Shown here piece by piece: positions 17,786 through 27,707 of a stretch of 64,000 nucleotides of DNA. Position numbers and translations under genes: made by a program. Positions within the stretch are counted from its first letter, which is position 1; each line of letters starts with the position of its first letter. Below the pieces are notes generated by a model, which worked only from the letters and a program-made list of their open reading frames with translations, was not told where the DNA came from and made no database searches. The stretch spans positions 186,001 to 250,000 of the forward strand of contig NZ_MWQY01000002.1 of NCBI RefSeq assembly GCF_002087085.1, written 5' to 3'.

Positions 17786-18974
17786 ATACCAGAATGAACC
17801 AGAGAAGCGTAAATATCACCAGCAGATTGATAAGCAGGGCCGTCCCGAATATGGCGGCCCCCAGAATCTCCCTGAACCGGGCCCCCCGGCTGCAGCGCTC
17901 GGAAAGGGATCGGGGCTCTCCGGGAATCATGATGCACTCGGCAAAGGGATCAGCAAAGGATGAACCGGCCTGCTGTGAGCAGCCAAAGGCATAGAAAACA
18001 GACCTGTCCAGGGAATCACCCACAATGATTCTGCTGGTTCGGATCTTAGCTCCCGGGCAGCCGGCCAGCGCAGCATCCAGACCGCGAAAGGTCTGCAGAC
18101 GGTACACCCTTCCATCGGGCAGAAAAGCCCGGCTGCCGTTCCTCATACCCACAGCCTGTCCGAAGCGCCGGGCCGGTAATGCCAGCAGGTCCCTTTCGGC
18201 CCGCAGATAGCGTCCGGCCCTCCATATACGCCGGTAAAGGCTGAACAGCAGCAGTCCCGGGGGCAGCAGGGGAGCAAGGGGAGCAAGGCTCATGGTAAGG
18301 GATATGTGGGACAGATACAGAAAGCCCGGCGACCTGAGATAGATATACGTCAAAATAAAGAGACTAAAGGAAGCCAGGGTAAGGGAAACCGGTGTCAGCT
18401 GATTCCAGTACTCGTTTCGCTGCCGGCCGGACCAGATTGACCGGCGCAGAATCGTGCCGGGATCACCGTCGTAAATCAGGACAAGGAGTTCCCCTCCTTT
18501 TTTATCCCCGGACCTGAAAACCGGCCGGGAGTTAACCATGACCAGTTCCCCGGAGACCATGATACGGGTGCCTTGAGGAAACGAAGTAATACGATTTGCC
18601 GGAATATGCGTGGGAGAGGCATCAGCGAAGGCCTGCTCATTATCTTCGAGCAGGTCCTCATCCTCATAAGCGTTGAGTGCCGGAAGGGTAAAAACCTCGA
18701 CTCCCTTCAAATCCACCTGTACAGATAGTGAACCATCGGTCAGCCATATCTGCTCATCCCCCTGTACAGCCTCGATCTGGCCGAAAAACCTGAAGGACTC
18801 CCCGTCAAGCACCTCGGTGCGCACCCTCGGGTAATTAATAATGGGGTATTCCATACTCTGATAAACGGCATCCCGGAATTTCCTCCACTGCCGGCGTACG
18901 CGAAAACCTCCGAAAAGAGGAAGAATAACGTAGCCAAGGAGTACAATCCCGGCGATCAACAGTAATCGTTCCAC
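17784..18974 (-). CDS. Hypothetical membrane protein
   Basis: 396-aa ORF with N-terminal, central and C-terminal hydrophobic helices. Confidence 0.65.
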   Translation of the reverse strand: MERLLLIAGIVLLGYVILPLFGGFRVRRQWRKFRDAVYQSMEYPIINYPRVRTEVLDGESFRFFGQIEAVQGDEQIWLTDGSLSVQVDLKGVEVFTLPALNAYEDEDLLEDNEQAFADASPTHIPANRITSFPQGTRIMVSGELVMVNSRPVFRSGDKKGGELLVLIYDGDPGTILRRSIWSGRQRNEYWNQLTPVSLTLASFSLFILTYIYLRSPGFLYLSHISLTMSLAPLAPLLPPGLLLFSLYRRIWRAGRYLRAERDLLALPARRFGQAVGMRNGSRAFLPDGRVYRLQTFRGLDAALAGCPGAKIRTSRIIVGDSLDRSVFYAFGCSQQAGSSFADPFAECIMIPGEPRSLSERCSRGARFREILGAAIFGTALLINLLVIFTLLWFILV

Positions 18975-19002
18975 TTATTGCACAACCACGGAAAAATGAA
19001 TT

Positions 19003-19686
19003 ATGCTTAAGCTTAACATGGTTGAACGCATTATTGTAGGTCCTCTCAGTTCAAATGCCTATATATACTCGGAATGGAAAAAGGAGTGTCTCCTTATAGA
19101 TCCGGGTGGAGATATGGAAGAGATCCTTTCTCATATGGCAATAAAGAATCTTAAACCCCTCGGCATTATCTGTACCCACGGACATCTTGATCATGTGGCG
19201 GGGGCGTATGAGCTTCAGCGTCATTTTCGCGAACGTGACCTGGAGGTCCCGGTGGCGATACACGGTGCAGATGCCCACTATCTTGGCAAAAATGCCGCAG
19301 AATCCCACAGAATCAGCTTTGAACAGATCGGAATCGACCTGAAATCAGTTCTTATGGATTATGAGCTGCTCTTTCCTGAACCTGATATCATCCTGGAGGA
19401 CGGTAAAACAGTACTGACCTCAAGTCTTACGGTACTCCATACCCCCGGCCACACTCCGGGCAGCATCTGCCTCTATTCCGAAGCCCAGGGCATTCTTTTT
19501 TCCGGAGATACCCTCTTTTTCGAAGGGGTCGGCAGAACGGATCTTATGGAGGGTGACGGGGAATCGATATTGAAAAGTATTCGGGAAAAGCTGCTGATAC
19601 TGCCCCAGGAGACCATGGTATTCCCCGGTCATGGTCCGAACACGAGCATTGAACGGGAAATAAAGAATAATCCTTTTTTACAGTAA
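19003..19686 (+). CDS. MBL-fold metallo-hydrolase (glyoxalase II-like)
   Basis: THGHLDH, HTPGHTPGS, FSGDTLF, PGHG motifs. Confidence 0.9.
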   Translation: MLKLNMVERIIVGPLSSNAYIYSEWKKECLLIDPGGDMEEILSHMAIKNLKPLGIICTHGHLDHVAGAYELQRHFRERDLEVPVAIHGADAHYLGKNAAESHRISFEQIGIDLKSVLMDYELLFPEPDIILEDGKTVLTSSLTVLHTPGHTPGSICLYSEAQGILFSGDTLFFEGVGRTDLMEGDGESILKSIREKLLILPQETMVFPGHGPNTSIEREIKNNPFLQ

Positions 19687-19701
19687 TAACGGAACAGTGC
19701 G

Positions 19702-20100
19702 CTAAAGATTGAAATCCGCCAGCAGTCCTGTGCTGACTCCGGGATGTGCAAAAGGATTGGTTTCCGCCTTCAGGTAGGCCCGGTGCAGTTTGTCCGAAAG
19801 CTCCCGGATCAGGGCGTCCCGTCCCTGGTCGGAGAGTCCCGTAAGGTCTTCCCTTTTCGGGAGGCTTGCGGAATCCCTGTCCTTAAGTTTGACAAGTCTG
19901 TCGATGAGATTATCCAGGCTCCTGAGCTTCGAAAGAGAGAATCCCCCCGCTTCGCTGGGCCGACCATATACATGCTTAAAGCGCGCGTATAAGGCCTGAG
20001 AACCGGAGACGGGCAGACCGACACGGGAGGAACCGACGCTTCCGCGAACCAGACTGCTTAAAGGAATTGTTCTGTTTACAGTGGAACTCTGTACCTGCAC
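19702..20100 (-). CDS. Hypothetical protein
   Basis: 132-aa ORF with GGGAG SD filling the gap downstream of dksA. Confidence 0.55.
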   Translation of the reverse strand: MQVQSSTVNRTIPLSSLVRGSVGSSRVGLPVSGSQALYARFKHVYGRPSEAGGFSLSKLRSLDNLIDRLVKLKDRDSASLPKREDLTGLSDQGRDALIRELSDKLHRAYLKAETNPFAHPGVSTGLLADFNL

Positions 20101-20185
20101 AGATCCCGGTACTCCCTTTCAAGAAATATTCGGCCCCAGGGCCTGTTTCTATTTTCGGAATACCGGAGGAGGGGTTTAGTAAAAT

Positions 20186-20542
20186 CTATCTGTTACGTCT
20201 TTCGTCGGAGCTCTTGCAGTCAATACACATCAGTGCATACGGGATAGCCTCGAGCCGTTCCCTCGGAATCTTCTTATTACAGCGCATACAGACGCCGTAA
20301 CGCTCATTCTTGATTCTCGACAGGGCGGAATCTATGAGCCGGAGTCGTTTAACATCGTTGGTGCTCAAAGTTTCCAGGGTTTTGCGATCAATGTCATCCG
20401 CCGCGACATCCACCAAATCCTTAGGATCCATGTCACGCACGAGGTTTTCGAAATCCTCGCTCTCACTCATAAGATTGTTGACAATCTCTTCCTTGAGGGT
20501 GATGAGCTTTTCCTTCATCTGGTCCACGAACGCTTTATCCAT
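20186..20542 (-). CDS. dksA: DksA/TraR C4 zinc-finger protein
   Basis: Coiled coil with DLVDVAA; YGVCMRCNKKIPRERLEAIPYALMCIDC. Confidence 0.85.
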   Translation of the reverse strand: MDKAFVDQMKEKLITLKEEIVNNLMSESEDFENLVRDMDPKDLVDVAADDIDRKTLETLSTNDVKRLRLIDSALSRIKNERYGVCMRCNKKIPRERLEAIPYALMCIDCKSSDERRNR

Positions 20543-20645
20543 AATCCTACCTTCGCTGCATGTATGCCCTAGGCAATATGGCAAGAGAATATGAAGGAAA
20601 TGCTTAAAAATGTCAAGGCGCGAATCCCGGGGAATTCCCTTCGGC

Positions 20646-20675
20646 TTGACAAAGAAAGGGGCAATGTCCTACTAT
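20646..20675 (+). promoter_or_regulatory. sigma70-type promoter of infA, back-to-back with a dksA promoter
   Basis: TTGACA-18 bp-TACTAT; a minus-strand TTGACA-17 bp-CATATT near 20588-20616 faces dksA. Confidence 0.55.
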
Positions 20676-20699
20676 TTCCCCATACTTGCAGGAGGAATT

Positions 20700-20918
20700 G
20701 TGGCTAAAGAGGAAGCTATTGAAGTCGAAGGTATTGTAAAGGAATCTCTTCCGAACACCATGTTCAGGGTGGAACTGCAGAACGGACATGTCATTCTTAC
20801 CCATCTCTCCGGCAAAATGAGAAAACACTACATCCGGATTGTCCCAGGAGACAAAGTCCGGGTTGCCCTGTCTCCCTATGATCTTACCCGGGGACGCATT
20901 ATCTACCGGGAACGATAA
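20700..20918 (+). CDS. infA: Translation initiation factor IF-1
   Basis: [10 protein letters not shown]...[10 protein letters not shown]...[39 protein letters not shown] before GTG 20700. Confidence 0.97.
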   Translation: MAKEEAIEVEGIVKESLPNTMFRVELQNGHVILTHLSGKMRKHYIRIVPGDKVRVALSPYDLTRGRIIYRER

Positions 20919-20928
20919 ACACCCCTTT

Positions 20929-21381
20929 TTAGCGCAGAATAATCCATACAGCCCCCTCTCCCCCCATTCCGGACTGCGGTACTCCGTGTTCACCGCAAAA
21001 AGGAGACTCTGCAATGTAGCGGCGCACCTTTTTGCGCAGGATCGAATCTCCGGTATCCGAATGGTTTCCCTTTCCATGGATTACCAGCACCTTCCTGAGC
21101 CCCCGTCTTTTGCTTCGCAGCAGAAATCCGTCAAGCTCCTTCAGGGCCTCCTCAACTGTATATCCGTGAAGATCCAGGCTCTCCTGGGGCGCCATGCGTC
21201 GAAGGGTTTTACGGGAGGGGCTCTTTTTACCACGGGGGGGCCGGTCAGCATCCTTGAGGGGAAGGGGTTTTTCTTCAAGCCAGCGATTCATGACCTCTTC
21301 ATAGGCCGCCTGCTCTCTTTTTTTTCCCCTGTCCCGGGAGTTCTGCTGTTCCCATTGCTCAAGGATGTCTCCAAAGTTCAT
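20929..21381 (-). CDS. Smr/MutS2 C-terminal domain protein
   Basis: LDLHGYTVEEA, VLVIHGKGNHS, GGEGAVWI. Confidence 0.9.
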   Translation of the reverse strand: MNFGDILEQWEQQNSRDRGKKREQAAYEEVMNRWLEEKPLPLKDADRPPRGKKSPSRKTLRRMAPQESLDLHGYTVEEALKELDGFLLRSKRRGLRKVLVIHGKGNHSDTGDSILRKKVRRYIAESPFCGEHGVPQSGMGGEGAVWIILR

Positions 21382-23429
21382 TCCCGCTCCTTATTATCCT
21401 GAAACAGATCATCTGAACGAAGAATATCCCCGCTGCCGACCCAGCCTTCCACTCCATAAGCCGTGGAAAGAAGAAGAAAATCTCCGGACTGCTGGGTAAC
21501 TTTGACCGTCAGACCTTCGGGTAATTCAAGCCATGCTTCCGCTGAATCTCGCGGTATGCGGCGACTGACCACATCGGAGGCTACAACCGCCACCGGAGTG
21601 CTGCGGACATATGCGGCATGTCCGAAGAGTCCCGCCGCGGCAAAACTCAGGGTTCCGAAGAGCAGCGAGACAAGCAGCAGATAGGAACGTTTGAAGAACA
21701 TGGCAAGCACAGCGGCCAGAAAGAAAAGATTATAAAAAATGAGCAGAAGAATAAAGGATACAGCCGGTGGGAAATAGGCAGGAAGCTGGTATTGACGGAT
21801 ATACTGATCAGAATCAGTCAGACTGTCCCAGAAGGAACGAACCCGCTGGTCGGGTACGGCACATCGGGCGGAGGCAATAACGGTATTGACAGCTTCTGCC
21901 CGCTTTCCCGTCCCCTCCAGGCATAATGCCCAGTTAAAAAGAAGCCTGCCGTTCCGCGGGTGTTCAGAGGCCATTTCCCTGTAGACAACGGAAGCAGCCT
22001 GATAATCCCGCTGCATAAGGAGATCTTCAGCCCCCCTCACCTGGTCAAAATCCATCAGCTCACCGGAGGCAGAGAGCATAAAGAGCGCCAGCGGAGCAAG
22101 AAGCAGAACCAAATACTGGAGAATCCGTCTTCGCCGGACCCTGAACAGAAGGAGAAGCATGGGACCGGGAACAAAAGCAAGATAGATATAGCGAAGCCGG
22201 AAGAGTTCAGTCGACTGGGCGGCCAGAATCTCATCCGGGGTATAACGAAGATCCGATAAACTGAAGGTTTCCTCCTGGATGGAAATCTCTCCGCCGGAGA
22301 GTACCTGCAGCGTCAATCTCCGCTCGGGAAGGGAAACGACCCTGTTATCCCGGGGATCGAAAAAGGGGAAAGCTGGAATATGGATCTCATAATCCCCCTC
22401 CTCTTCTGCCTTGAGTAGATACCGGGTCTCCCTGGAACCCTGGTATCCTCGCTGAGAGGCCCGGTAGTCATGGGTCTCCTCGCTGCGGACAAGAACGAGA
22501 CCGGCGAAATCAGGTTCAGGAGGAGTCAGATATGCAAGGTTGCCTTCCCCCGTTATACGCACGGTCAGCTGAACAGTCTCTCCCACCCTGGATCCTTCCG
22601 GAAGAGGAGAGACATCGATATCAAAGCGTCCCACCCCGCCGGAAACCGCAACATCGCCGGGTAAGGCTTCGACATTTACCGCAACCGCGTCGGATGTTCC
22701 GGAGATACCTTCCGCAGTAACAGAAGCCTTGTTTAAAAAGAAGCGTCCCGCACCAGTGGGAGTAAAGAGGTATCCCGTAACAGGCACTGTATAGAGAACT
22801 GTATCGCCATAGAGGCGCCGGCGGATTTCTCCAAGTTCCGGGGCCTCCTCGAAAAGCCCCCCCCCGGATGCGGGTACGGAGACCCGCTCAGGAAGCAGAA
22901 TCTCCTCCTGATTTCTCATTACCAGAACAGCCGGAATTGTCTGTCCTTCGTAAAATGGTCCCTCCGGGATTTCCCATTCCAGTTCCAGCGGAAGGGACAG
23001 AACGCTGTTGCGGTAGCTTCCGACCCTCTGGATTCCCACCCCGGTTCTGCGGGATTCCGAACCAACAGCAAAGGGGATACGGGGAAAAAGGATTCTTCCG
23101 GTCCGGTTGGAAAGCAGAATATAACTGACGGAAACGGCGGGGTAGCTGGTTCCATCCTCTCTGCTTTTGACGATTCCCCGGATATTCGGCCCCGCATACA
23201 GACGTATCCCCACCGGATAATCCCACTCCTCGATGCTGACCATCGAAGCCGAAGGTACATCCACTTCAAAGGAGAGGGTAAAGCGGTCATTCAGGCCCAC
23301 CGGGTTCGGTAAAAACGAGAGCTCCGGATCATCCTGGGCAGAGAGAGAGGGGGAAAAAAACAGTACAAGGAAAAGACCTACCAGAAAGGTCCGCTGCTTT
23401 CCTGGTCCCCGCCATGCTGGGATACCCAC
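21378..23429 (-). CDS. batD: BatD-family protein with C-terminal BatE-like TPR/TM/SH3 region
   Basis: Signal peptide, BatD-like Ig modules (GGVGRF, VRITGEGNL, FPFFDP), then TPR, TM helices and SH3-like GWV; position in bat operon. Confidence 0.7.
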   Translation of the reverse strand: MGIPAWRGPGKQRTFLVGLFLVLFFSPSLSAQDDPELSFLPNPVGLNDRFTLSFEVDVPSASMVSIEEWDYPVGIRLYAGPNIRGIVKSREDGTSYPAVSVSYILLSNRTGRILFPRIPFAVGSESRRTGVGIQRVGSYRNSVLSLPLELEWEIPEGPFYEGQTIPAVLVMRNQEEILLPERVSVPASGGGLFEEAPELGEIRRRLYGDTVLYTVPVTGYLFTPTGAGRFFLNKASVTAEGISGTSDAVAVNVEALPGDVAVSGGVGRFDIDVSPLPEGSRVGETVQLTVRITGEGNLAYLTPPEPDFAGLVLVRSEETHDYRASQRGYQGSRETRYLLKAEEEGDYEIHIPAFPFFDPRDNRVVSLPERRLTLQVLSGGEISIQEETFSLSDLRYTPDEILAAQSTELFRLRYIYLAFVPGPMLLLLFRVRRRRILQYLVLLLAPLALFMLSASGELMDFDQVRGAEDLLMQRDYQAASVVYREMASEHPRNGRLLFNWALCLEGTGKRAEAVNTVIASARCAVPDQRVRSFWDSLTDSDQYIRQYQLPAYFPPAVSFILLLIFYNLFFLAAVLAMFFKRSYLLLVSLLFGTLSFAAAGLFGHAAYVRSTPVAVVASDVVSRRIPRDSAEAWLELPEGLTVKVTQQSGDFLLLSTAYGVEGWVGSGDILRSDDLFQDNKERE

Positions 23430-23968
23430 TGGGACTCCTCCTTGCGTTTAATATACTGTAGAATTCTGTCGACCTCTTCCACCGAGGTATCCCCGCCGCT
23501 TACCGAGCCGGCAGAGGGAAGCGCCCGTTCTTCTTCCTGCTGGCTGCCAAGCCTCAAAAGGGTCAGCTCCATGTTTCTTTTTGCCTCTCTGCTGTCGGGT
23601 CGCAACAGAAGGGCTTTTTTGAAACTTTCGAAGGCGGACCGGTACTGGCTGAGCTCATAGTAGAGGTTTCCCATATTGAAAAGGGTCCTGAATTTGAGTT
23701 CCGGATTCTCCCCTTCCAGGGCCCTGGTCCATTCATCCTCCGAAGCGGTGGTCTCACCCAGGGCATAGAAGACGTTTCCAAGGTTGTAATGGATAACCTC
23801 ATCTTCGTTCAGCTCGTTTTCCAGGATTCCCAGGTAAGAAACCGCGGCAGACTGATATCGCCCGTTTATGTACTCATAGTTCCCCTTAAGGACCTGCCAG
23901 TGGGTTCGATAGGGGGTACAGGACAGGAGCAACAGGGGAAACAGCAGTATTAAAAGGTTTTTTTCCAA
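23378..23968 (-). CDS. BatC-like TPR lipoprotein
   Basis: Lipobox LLSC; YNLGN / FNMGN TPRs, EAKRNMEL, terminal W. Confidence 0.7.
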   Translation of the reverse strand: MEKNLLILLFPLLLLSCTPYRTHWQVLKGNYEYINGRYQSAAVSYLGILENELNEDEVIHYNLGNVFYALGETTASEDEWTRALEGENPELKFRTLFNMGNLYYELSQYRSAFESFKKALLLRPDSREAKRNMELTLLRLGSQQEEERALPSAGSVSGGDTSVEEVDRILQYIKRKEESQWVSQHGGDQESSGPFW

Positions 23969-24924
23969 GGTATTACCCGCACCAAAAAGTAAATATACAG
24001 AGCGAAAACAGCGATCAGCAGGTAGGGCCGATACGCCGATTCCCGCGGTTCATTGTAACGTACCGACGAGGATCCGAAAACAGCATCCAGTTTGCTCATA
24101 AGGGCAGGATCGTTCAGAGAAAAATACTCCCCTCCTGTCTCCTCTGCCAGATAGCGCATGTTATCGGCATTCAGCCGGGTAACGACCCTGTTGCCCGATG
24201 AATCACGCAGCTCCTGTTCGTCCTCCAGGGGTATTGCTGCGCCTTCGACCGTTCCCGCTCCCAGGGCTACAATCCGGATTCCCCTTTGCCGGGCGGTCTC
24301 GAGTACGGGCTTGACGGCCCCGCCGAAGTTTTCACCATCGGAAAAAACAAAAAGGAGCTTTTCGCTTTCCACTTTTCCCGGAAAGGCATCGAGGGAAGCG
24401 ACAAGCCCGGCTTTCAGATCGGAACCGCGGCGGGAGAGCACCTGGGGGCCGATATTCTGAAAAACCGTTTCAAACATTGCCAGATCCTCGGTTATGGGGA
24501 TCATCTTGACACCGATCTCCTGAAACACCACCAGGGAAAAACGTGAGGTTCCGCCCCGGGACGCGAGAATCCCCCGCATGACCTCCACGGAGCGCTCAAG
24601 CCGTGACGGTGAGGAATCCCGGGCCAGCATGCTTAAAGAAACATCCAGGGCAAAAACGATATCCCGGGACTCGATGGTCCTGATTTCCGGACGTCCCTTT
24701 CTTTCCGGATCCGCTGCGGCGAACAGGGTGAATACAATGAAGAGGACAAGGGCCAGGGAGGAAAAAAACCATTTTACCGTGAAAATATCCAGGTAGTTTC
24801 CCGCTCTCCAGCGACCGAGAAGGTATTCCAGATCCCGTCTGCCCCTCAGAAACTCCAGCCACAGCAGAATAATCACCGGAACCAGGAGCAGAAGGCAAAA
24901 GAAAAGGTGGGGATATCGAAACAT
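23950..24924 (-). CDS. batB: VWA-domain protein BatB
   Basis: MIDAS DVSLSM, SRLERS, PITED, FSDGE. Confidence 0.8.
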   Translation of the reverse strand: MFRYPHLFFCLLLLVPVIILLWLEFLRGRRDLEYLLGRWRAGNYLDIFTVKWFFSSLALVLFIVFTLFAAADPERKGRPEIRTIESRDIVFALDVSLSMLARDSSPSRLERSVEVMRGILASRGGTSRFSLVVFQEIGVKMIPITEDLAMFETVFQNIGPQVLSRRGSDLKAGLVASLDAFPGKVESEKLLFVFSDGENFGGAVKPVLETARQRGIRIVALGAGTVEGAAIPLEDEQELRDSSGNRVVTRLNADNMRYLAEETGGEYFSLNDPALMSKLDAVFGSSSVRYNEPRESAYRPYLLIAVFALYIYFLVRVIPWKKTF

Positions 24925-24926
24925 GG

Positions 24927-25928
24927 CTAGAGGACCTCCCGCAGCAGATACTTGCGGATAAACAGATGCAGCAGCACGGCTATTCCTCCTGCAAGCAGAA
25001 AGTAGCGGTAGGAGGCTTCGGTTTCGGTCCTCACCTTTACCCTTTTTTCCGTGACGGTCACCGAGTCGATGGAGCGAAACACTGTTTCCAGAGCCCCGGG
25101 AGTGGAAGCGGAATAGAAGCGTCCGCCGGTAGTCTCCGCTATCATCCGCAAAAGCTCCTCATCGTAGCTGCCGGAGAAGACCCCGCGAAATATTTTTCCC
25201 GTCTCGGGATCCGTATACTCTCCCGGTACGTCCCCGGGGCTCCCGATTCCGATGGCGAAGATCTTTATTCCCAGAGAAGACGCTACCTCCGCTGCGCTGG
25301 CGGGGGTTATTTCTCCGGCATTGTTTTCTCCGTCCGTCAAAAGGACGATTATCTTTTCCTGGGCGCTGCTCTGGCGCAGATGCAGGGAAGCCACGGCAAT
25401 CCCCATGCCGATGGCCGTCCCCCGGCCCAGACTCATGAGCTGAAGATCATCCAGCACCCTGAGGTACGCACTGTAATCCAGGGTGGGGGGAACCATGAGG
25501 GCCGCCTCATCGGAGAATACCACCAGACCGACTGGATCATTCTCCCTGGAGCGGATAAAGGAATTGATTACCTCCCTGGCGGTATTGAAACGGTTTTCCG
25601 GGTAAAAATCCTGAGCCGCCATACTGGGAGACTCATCGAGAACAAAGATGATATCGATTCCGCGGGTCAGATATACCCGCTCCTTCGTAATCCGGCCGGG
25701 ACCGGCCAGAGCCAGTACCAGAAGCACAAACCCTGTCCAGAAAAGGAAATGGGAAAGAAAACTCAGAAATCGCAGACTGAAGGGGCTCTCCTGAAAGGAG
25801 TCTCCCCGCCATACGGAAAGGGAAAACGGGACCCGTCCTCCCCGGCCCTTCCAGAAATGGGCGAAGAAGATCCCGGGTAAAAGAAGTCCCAGGAGCAGAA
25901 GGTAAGCCGGACTCTCAAATATCCACAT
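24927..25928 (-). CDS. batA: VWA-domain protein BatA
   Basis: GIDIIFVLDESPSM, PPTLD, GTAIGMGI, LLTDGENNAG, TGGRFY. Confidence 0.85.
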   Translation of the reverse strand: MWIFESPAYLLLLGLLLPGIFFAHFWKGRGGRVPFSLSVWRGDSFQESPFSLRFLSFLSHFLFWTGFVLLVLALAGPGRITKERVYLTRGIDIIFVLDESPSMAAQDFYPENRFNTAREVINSFIRSRENDPVGLVVFSDEAALMVPPTLDYSAYLRVLDDLQLMSLGRGTAIGMGIAVASLHLRQSSAQEKIIVLLTDGENNAGEITPASAAEVASSLGIKIFAIGIGSPGDVPGEYTDPETGKIFRGVFSGSYDEELLRMIAETTGGRFYSASTPGALETVFRSIDSVTVTEKRVKVRTETEASYRYFLLAGGIAVLLHLFIRKYLLREVL

Positions 25929-26823
25929 CTGCGTCCTCCTGCTTATCCCTGTCCCGTAATCGGCACTCCTCTTCCACTGCAGATGCAAGTTCTCCAAGAC
26001 GCAGAATATCGTCGCCCTTGCGGGCGCTTCCCGCCTCGACCCCGGCGAATTTTATCATGTCCGCGTACTCAAGAAAATGGATTAGACGCATGGCGATATC
26101 CCCCTTCGGGAAAAGGCTCTGCATCATGGACCTGATCTCATGAATCGTAGTGGTTATACAATCCCATCCGGTCCGCCGGCTGATATAGCTGCGCACCGAA
26201 TCGGAGAGGCGGTAATAAAAATCCCTGTCCGGCATCATGAGCGCCTGGGAACTCAGCTCCTTTAAATCCCGCCTCAGACGCCAGTACGGACGTTTCCGGG
26301 CCAGAAGAACAGCCGCCGAACGCAGCCGCTCCCGCAGGATGCCGGAAACGGCAATGAGGGCAAGGGGTCCTATCAGTACAACCAGGACTGTAATAATCAG
26401 GAGGGTGAAGGTGCCGGGAAGGTACAACTGTCCCCGGATGTCCTCCAGTTCACCCTCGTTTTCCAGGATAGAGCTTGTATGGATCTTCATTCCCGAAAGC
26501 ACATAGGAACCGAAATCCAGTTCAGGCAGGGTCCGGGTTCCCGGAGAAAAGGAGGAAAAAAAGATGCGCAGTTCATGATTACCCCCCCGCTGTTCAACCC
26601 GGGCCCCGTGGAAGAAAACCCAGTCAACCGCAGGCAGCACAGCGGGAGGTCGTATTGTATCAGCCTCGTCGGAACGCAGGATAATCCGCAATTCCACCGT
26701 GTCGCCCACATAGAATTCCGGGGGAAGCAGGTGCACCGAGACGACCTGGGGAGCGGCATACAGAAGCGAGGCTACACAGGTGAGGAAAAGGCTTAGTACC
26801 GCCCGTAATCCGGCTGAAGTCAT
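25915..26823 (-). CDS. Hypothetical membrane protein of the moxR-bat operon
   Basis: Signal peptide, single TM helix, C-terminal YADMIKFA motif typical of this operon slot. Confidence 0.65.
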   Translation of the reverse strand: MTSAGLRAVLSLFLTCVASLLYAAPQVVSVHLLPPEFYVGDTVELRIILRSDEADTIRPPAVLPAVDWVFFHGARVEQRGGNHELRIFFSSFSPGTRTLPELDFGSYVLSGMKIHTSSILENEGELEDIRGQLYLPGTFTLLIITVLVVLIGPLALIAVSGILRERLRSAAVLLARKRPYWRLRRDLKELSSQALMMPDRDFYYRLSDSVRSYISRRTGWDCITTTIHEIRSMMQSLFPKGDIAMRLIHFLEYADMIKFAGVEAGSARKGDDILRLGELASAVEEECRLRDRDKQEDADVDI

Positions 26824-27695
26824 GAAACGCGCCTCCGGGTCTTGAAAAAGGCCAGAACCTTGGCGACGGGATCATCACTGGTGTCCACGGAAAGCACCTG
26901 AATTCTGCGGCGGCGGCACTCACGACGAAAGATCACATCCTGGGTATCCCAGAAATCGCCGTAGGCACTGCGAAAGGCAGGACTGACCCCTCCGGCCAGA
27001 AGGCTGTGACCCCGTTCAGGATCCTGAAGAACAAGACTGCCCTTGAGGGGCAGTACCTTGTCGCCGGGATCGCTTATCCGGACGGCAATAACGTCGTGTT
27101 TGCGGGCCAGAAGGGTCATTTCGTTCCAGCCGGTGGCGGTGCGGAAATCAGAAAAAACAACGCAGATTCCCCGGGATTTCAGGGATTCGTAGACCGTCTT
27201 GAGGGCCAGTCCCAGCTCGGAACCTGCTCCCCGGGGTTTCAGATTTTCCATATCCTCAATAAGACTGGCCACGTGTTTGCGACCCTTGGAGGGGGGAACC
27301 CATTTTTCAATGCGGTCGGAAAAGAAGACCCCCCCCACCCGATCATTATTGTGGACCGCGGCAAAGGCAAAGATCGCCCCCAGGATCATTGCCATGTCCC
27401 GTTTACTGATATCGCCGACCCCCTGATCCAGGGAGGCTGAGACATCAAAGACGAGGGAAAGAACAAGCTCCCGTTCTTCCCGGAAGGTCTTGGCGTAGGG
27501 GCTCCCCATACGGGAGGAGACGTTCCAGTCAATGTTCCGGACATCGTCACCCTCGGAGTATTCCCTGACTTCGTCGAATTCCAGACCGGGACCGCGAAAA
27601 ACGGAACGATAGTTTCCGGCGAAGAGACCTTCCAGGAGCTTGGCACTGACAAGAGGCAGATTACGAATGCGTTGAAATAGGCTCTCTTTCTCCAT
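26820..27695 (-). CDS. DUF58 domain protein
   Basis: GLEFDEVREY..GDDVRNIDWNVSSR...EERE, DVSAS, FSDF. Confidence 0.9.
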   Translation of the reverse strand: MEKESLFQRIRNLPLVSAKLLEGLFAGNYRSVFRGPGLEFDEVREYSEGDDVRNIDWNVSSRMGSPYAKTFREERELVLSLVFDVSASLDQGVGDISKRDMAMILGAIFAFAAVHNNDRVGGVFFSDRIEKWVPPSKGRKHVASLIEDMENLKPRGAGSELGLALKTVYESLKSRGICVVFSDFRTATGWNEMTLLARKHDVIAVRISDPGDKVLPLKGSLVLQDPERGHSLLAGGVSPAFRSAYGDFWDTQDVIFRRECRRRRIQVLSVDTSDDPVAKVLAFFKTRRRVS

Positions 27696-27707
27696 GGATA
27701 CAGATAA

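Noticed and set aside
22857..22865. C9 tract in batD as a phase-variation switch
   Set aside because: It is in frame (Gly-Gly-Gly) and the gene is intact, with no evidence of slippage; it also shows G/C runs occur by chance here.
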